A DNA stretch of 27,095 nt from NCBI GenBank assembly GCA_052386995.1, contig JBQTJP010000316.1, positions 1 to 27,095 of the forward strand, in the 5' to 3' direction. Shown here piece after piece: positions 25,213 to 27,095 of this stretch. This stretch comes from Armatimonadota bacterium. GTDB lineage: Bacteria; Sysuimicrobiota; Sysuimicrobiia; Sysuimicrobiales; Humicultoraceae. Made by a program: the position numbers and the translations under genes. The notes beneath the pieces were generated by a model that saw only the letters and a list, made by a program, of their open reading frames with translations, did no database searches and was not told the DNA's origin. Numbering within the stretch: the first letter of the stretch is position 1; each line of letters begins with the position of its first letter.

Positions 25213-26945
25213 CCGCGGCGGTCCGCCGCGTCGAGCTCGTCCAGGAAGTCGGCCACCGCCTTCATGACGGGTCCCAGCGTCCGGGTCGTGAGGTCGAACT
25301 CCGCTCCCGCAGCCGCAAACAGCGCCGGCAGCGGCTCCCTCCCCCCCAGGGTCAGCGCCTCACGGTACTGCCGCACCGCGCCGGCCTGGTCGGCGCGAGC
25401 ACGCCGCCAGACCTGCAGTGCGCCGATCTGCGCGACGCCGTACTCGACGTAGTAGAAGGGCGCAACGAACAGGTGCAGCTGCCGGTGCCAATAGGCACCG
25501 AGCACGTCGTCGTATCCGGTAAAGTCCACGTCGGGGGCGAATCGCTCAAACGTCCGCAGCCACGCGGCGCGCCGCTCGGCGCGTGCATGGCCCGGGTGCG
25601 TATAGAGCCAGTGTGGAAACGCATCGATGGTCGCGATCCACGGGAACACCAGCGCCGTCCCCTCGAGCAACTCGCGGCGCGAGCGCCGCGCGGCCGCCTG
25701 ATCTCGATAGAAGGTGTCGAGGTAGGGACTGGCGAGCAGCTCCATTCCCATCGAGGCGACCTCGCTGAACTCCATCGGCGCGTGCCGGTACTGCGCAATC
25801 GGCTCGTCGCGCACGGCGAGGGTGTGAAAGGCGTGGCCCCCTTCATGGATGATGGTGCGCAGGTCGAGGTCGCGCCCGACCGCGTTCATGAAGATGAACG
25901 GCACGCGGCGCTCCTCAAACGTGGCTTGATACCCTCCGGGCGCCTTGCCCTTGCGACTTTCGAGGTCCAGCAGCGACCGGTCACTCATGAAACGAAACTG
26001 CGTCCCGAGGTCGGGATGCACGCGGTCGAAGATCTCGCTCGATCCGGCCACCAGCTCGGCCGCCGTGGAAAACGGACGCAGCGGGGGACGGCCGTGGGGA
26101 TCGACCTCAAGGTCCCACGGGCGCAACGTCGGGAGGCCGAGGGCGGTCCGCCGCTCCCCGCGCAGCCGCCGCGCCAGGGGGAGCACCGCCTCCTCGATGG
26201 CGTCATGGAAGCGCAGGCAGTCCTGGGGCGTATAGTCGAACCGCTCGCGCCTGCGGAAGGCATACTCACGATAGTCCGCGCAGCCGGCGTTACGGGCAAT
26301 CTGATCTCGAAGGCCGAGCAATTGCTCGAACACCGCCTCTATGGCGTCTTCGTCTCTGAGACGGCGGCGCGCGACGAGCTCCCACGCCTCCTGCCGCCCC
26401 GATCGGTCCGTCTCTTCCAAATACCGCGCCATCTGCTGGAGCGTATGTTCCTTCCCCCTGAACGTTACCGTCATCGCGCCGTTGATCTTCTGGTACTGCT
26501 GCTTCAGCTTCGCCTCTTCGGTCTCCAACGGGATGTTCTCCAACCGGAACAGCGCTGCACGGTTCTGCACGGATCGGTCGAGGATGGCATAGCGGGGCGG
26601 CAGAGCCGCGCGGTGCACAGACCCTAGATACGCCTCGTCGAGGGCGTGGCCGAGCGGCTTGACCTTGGGATGGATCTCCTCAATGAAAAACAGGTGGGCG
26701 CGCTCGCGTTCGGGATCGTCGGTCTGGCACGTCATCGCGACGTAGCGGCGCGACCCTTCCTCGGCCACCGCCGCGTACAGCTCGCTTGTGTCCTCGATCC
26801 AGCGTTCCAGCGCCTCCGGCGAGTCGCGCCGCGCCTCGAGCAGACGCCGGTACAGCGGCTCGATGTGCGCCCAGTTGCCCATGTCCGCATCCGGCGGTAC
26901 GAAGCGTCGGGGGTAGGTCTTGCCCAGGTCTGCCGTGGTGAGCAC
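25209..26945 (-). CDS. pepF: M3-family oligoendopeptidase
   Basis: GKAPGGY, HEGGHAFH zinc motif, EVASMGME, HLF..PFYYVEYG; AGGAGGAG RBS. Confidence 0.92.
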   Translation of the reverse strand: MLTTADLGKTYPRRFVPPDADMGNWAHIEPLYRRLLEARRDSPEALERWIEDTSELYAAVAEEGSRRYVAMTCQTDDPERERAHLFFIEEIHPKVKPLGHALDEAYLGSVHRAALPPRYAILDRSVQNRAALFRLENIPLETEEAKLKQQYQKINGAMTVTFRGKEHTLQQMARYLEETDRSGRQEAWELVARRRLRDEDAIEAVFEQLLGLRDQIARNAGCADYREYAFRRRERFDYTPQDCLRFHDAIEEAVLPLARRLRGERRTALGLPTLRPWDLEVDPHGRPPLRPFSTAAELVAGSSEIFDRVHPDLGTQFRFMSDRSLLDLESRKGKAPGGYQATFEERRVPFIFMNAVGRDLDLRTIIHEGGHAFHTLAVRDEPIAQYRHAPMEFSEVASMGMELLASPYLDTFYRDQAAARRSRRELLEGTALVFPWIATIDAFPHWLYTHPGHARAERRAAWLRTFERFAPDVDFTGYDDVLGAYWHRQLHLFVAPFYYVEYGVAQIGALQVWRRARADQAGAVRQYREALTLGGREPLPALFAAAGAEFDLTTRTLGPVMKAVADFLDELDAADRRG

Positions 26946-26978
26946 GGGACTCCTCCTTATACATCTCGATATGTCTGG

Positions 26979-27095
26979 CTACCGACTCTGCTCCGCCCCG
27001 ACCCGCACGACCTTCAGGAAGTTCGTGGTGCCGGGACGGCCGATCGGAAAACCGGCGGTGACGACAACGAGGTCGTGTGTCTTTGCAACGCCGGC
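26979..27095 (-). CDS. pyk: Pyruvate kinase C-terminus (partial)
   Basis: Manual translation AGVAKTHDLVVVTAGFPIGRPGTTNFLKVVRVGAEQSR* matches the PK C-terminal TAG.P.G..GTTN motif. Confidence 0.85.
   Translation of the reverse strand, partial: AGVAKTHDLVVVTAGFPIGRPGTTNFLKVVRVGAEQSR

Noticed and set aside
1..27095. CRISPR array, IS element or prophage
   Set aside because: No regularly spaced repeats, and no transposase, integrase or phage genes were recognised.

Overview
High-GC bacterial chromosomal window. The stalk+AMIN amidase and CsgG-like protein suggest a diderm Terrabacteria-type organism, which is inference only. The right part (10.2-27.1 kb) is mostly ordinary core genome: MoxR-DUF58-VWA-VWA-MFS operon, secreted protein, tRNA-Pro plus M20 peptidase, DUF885, rdgB, rph, cell-wall amidase, LLM/F420-type oxidoreductase, M3 oligoendopeptidase and the 3' end of pyk. 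The left part (1-10.2 kb) looks accessory: alpha/beta hydrolase, three MFS transporters, CsgG-like protein, tRNA-His, small wHTH, trypsin-like protease and two adjacent ATP-grasp genes each broken by an out-of-frame internal deletion. The most unusual element is a ~660-bp cassette at 9550-10206. It holds a PD-(D/E)XK endonuclease of the group I intron homing type (I-Ssp6803I/PDDEXK_5-like) with no recognisable intron. Its reading frame runs through an intact tRNA-Arg(TCT). It is preceded by a hairpin covering its RBS and by an inverted 3' half of a related tRNA that breaks right after the anticodon. A structured ~165-nt ncRNA candidate lies between the amidase and rph.
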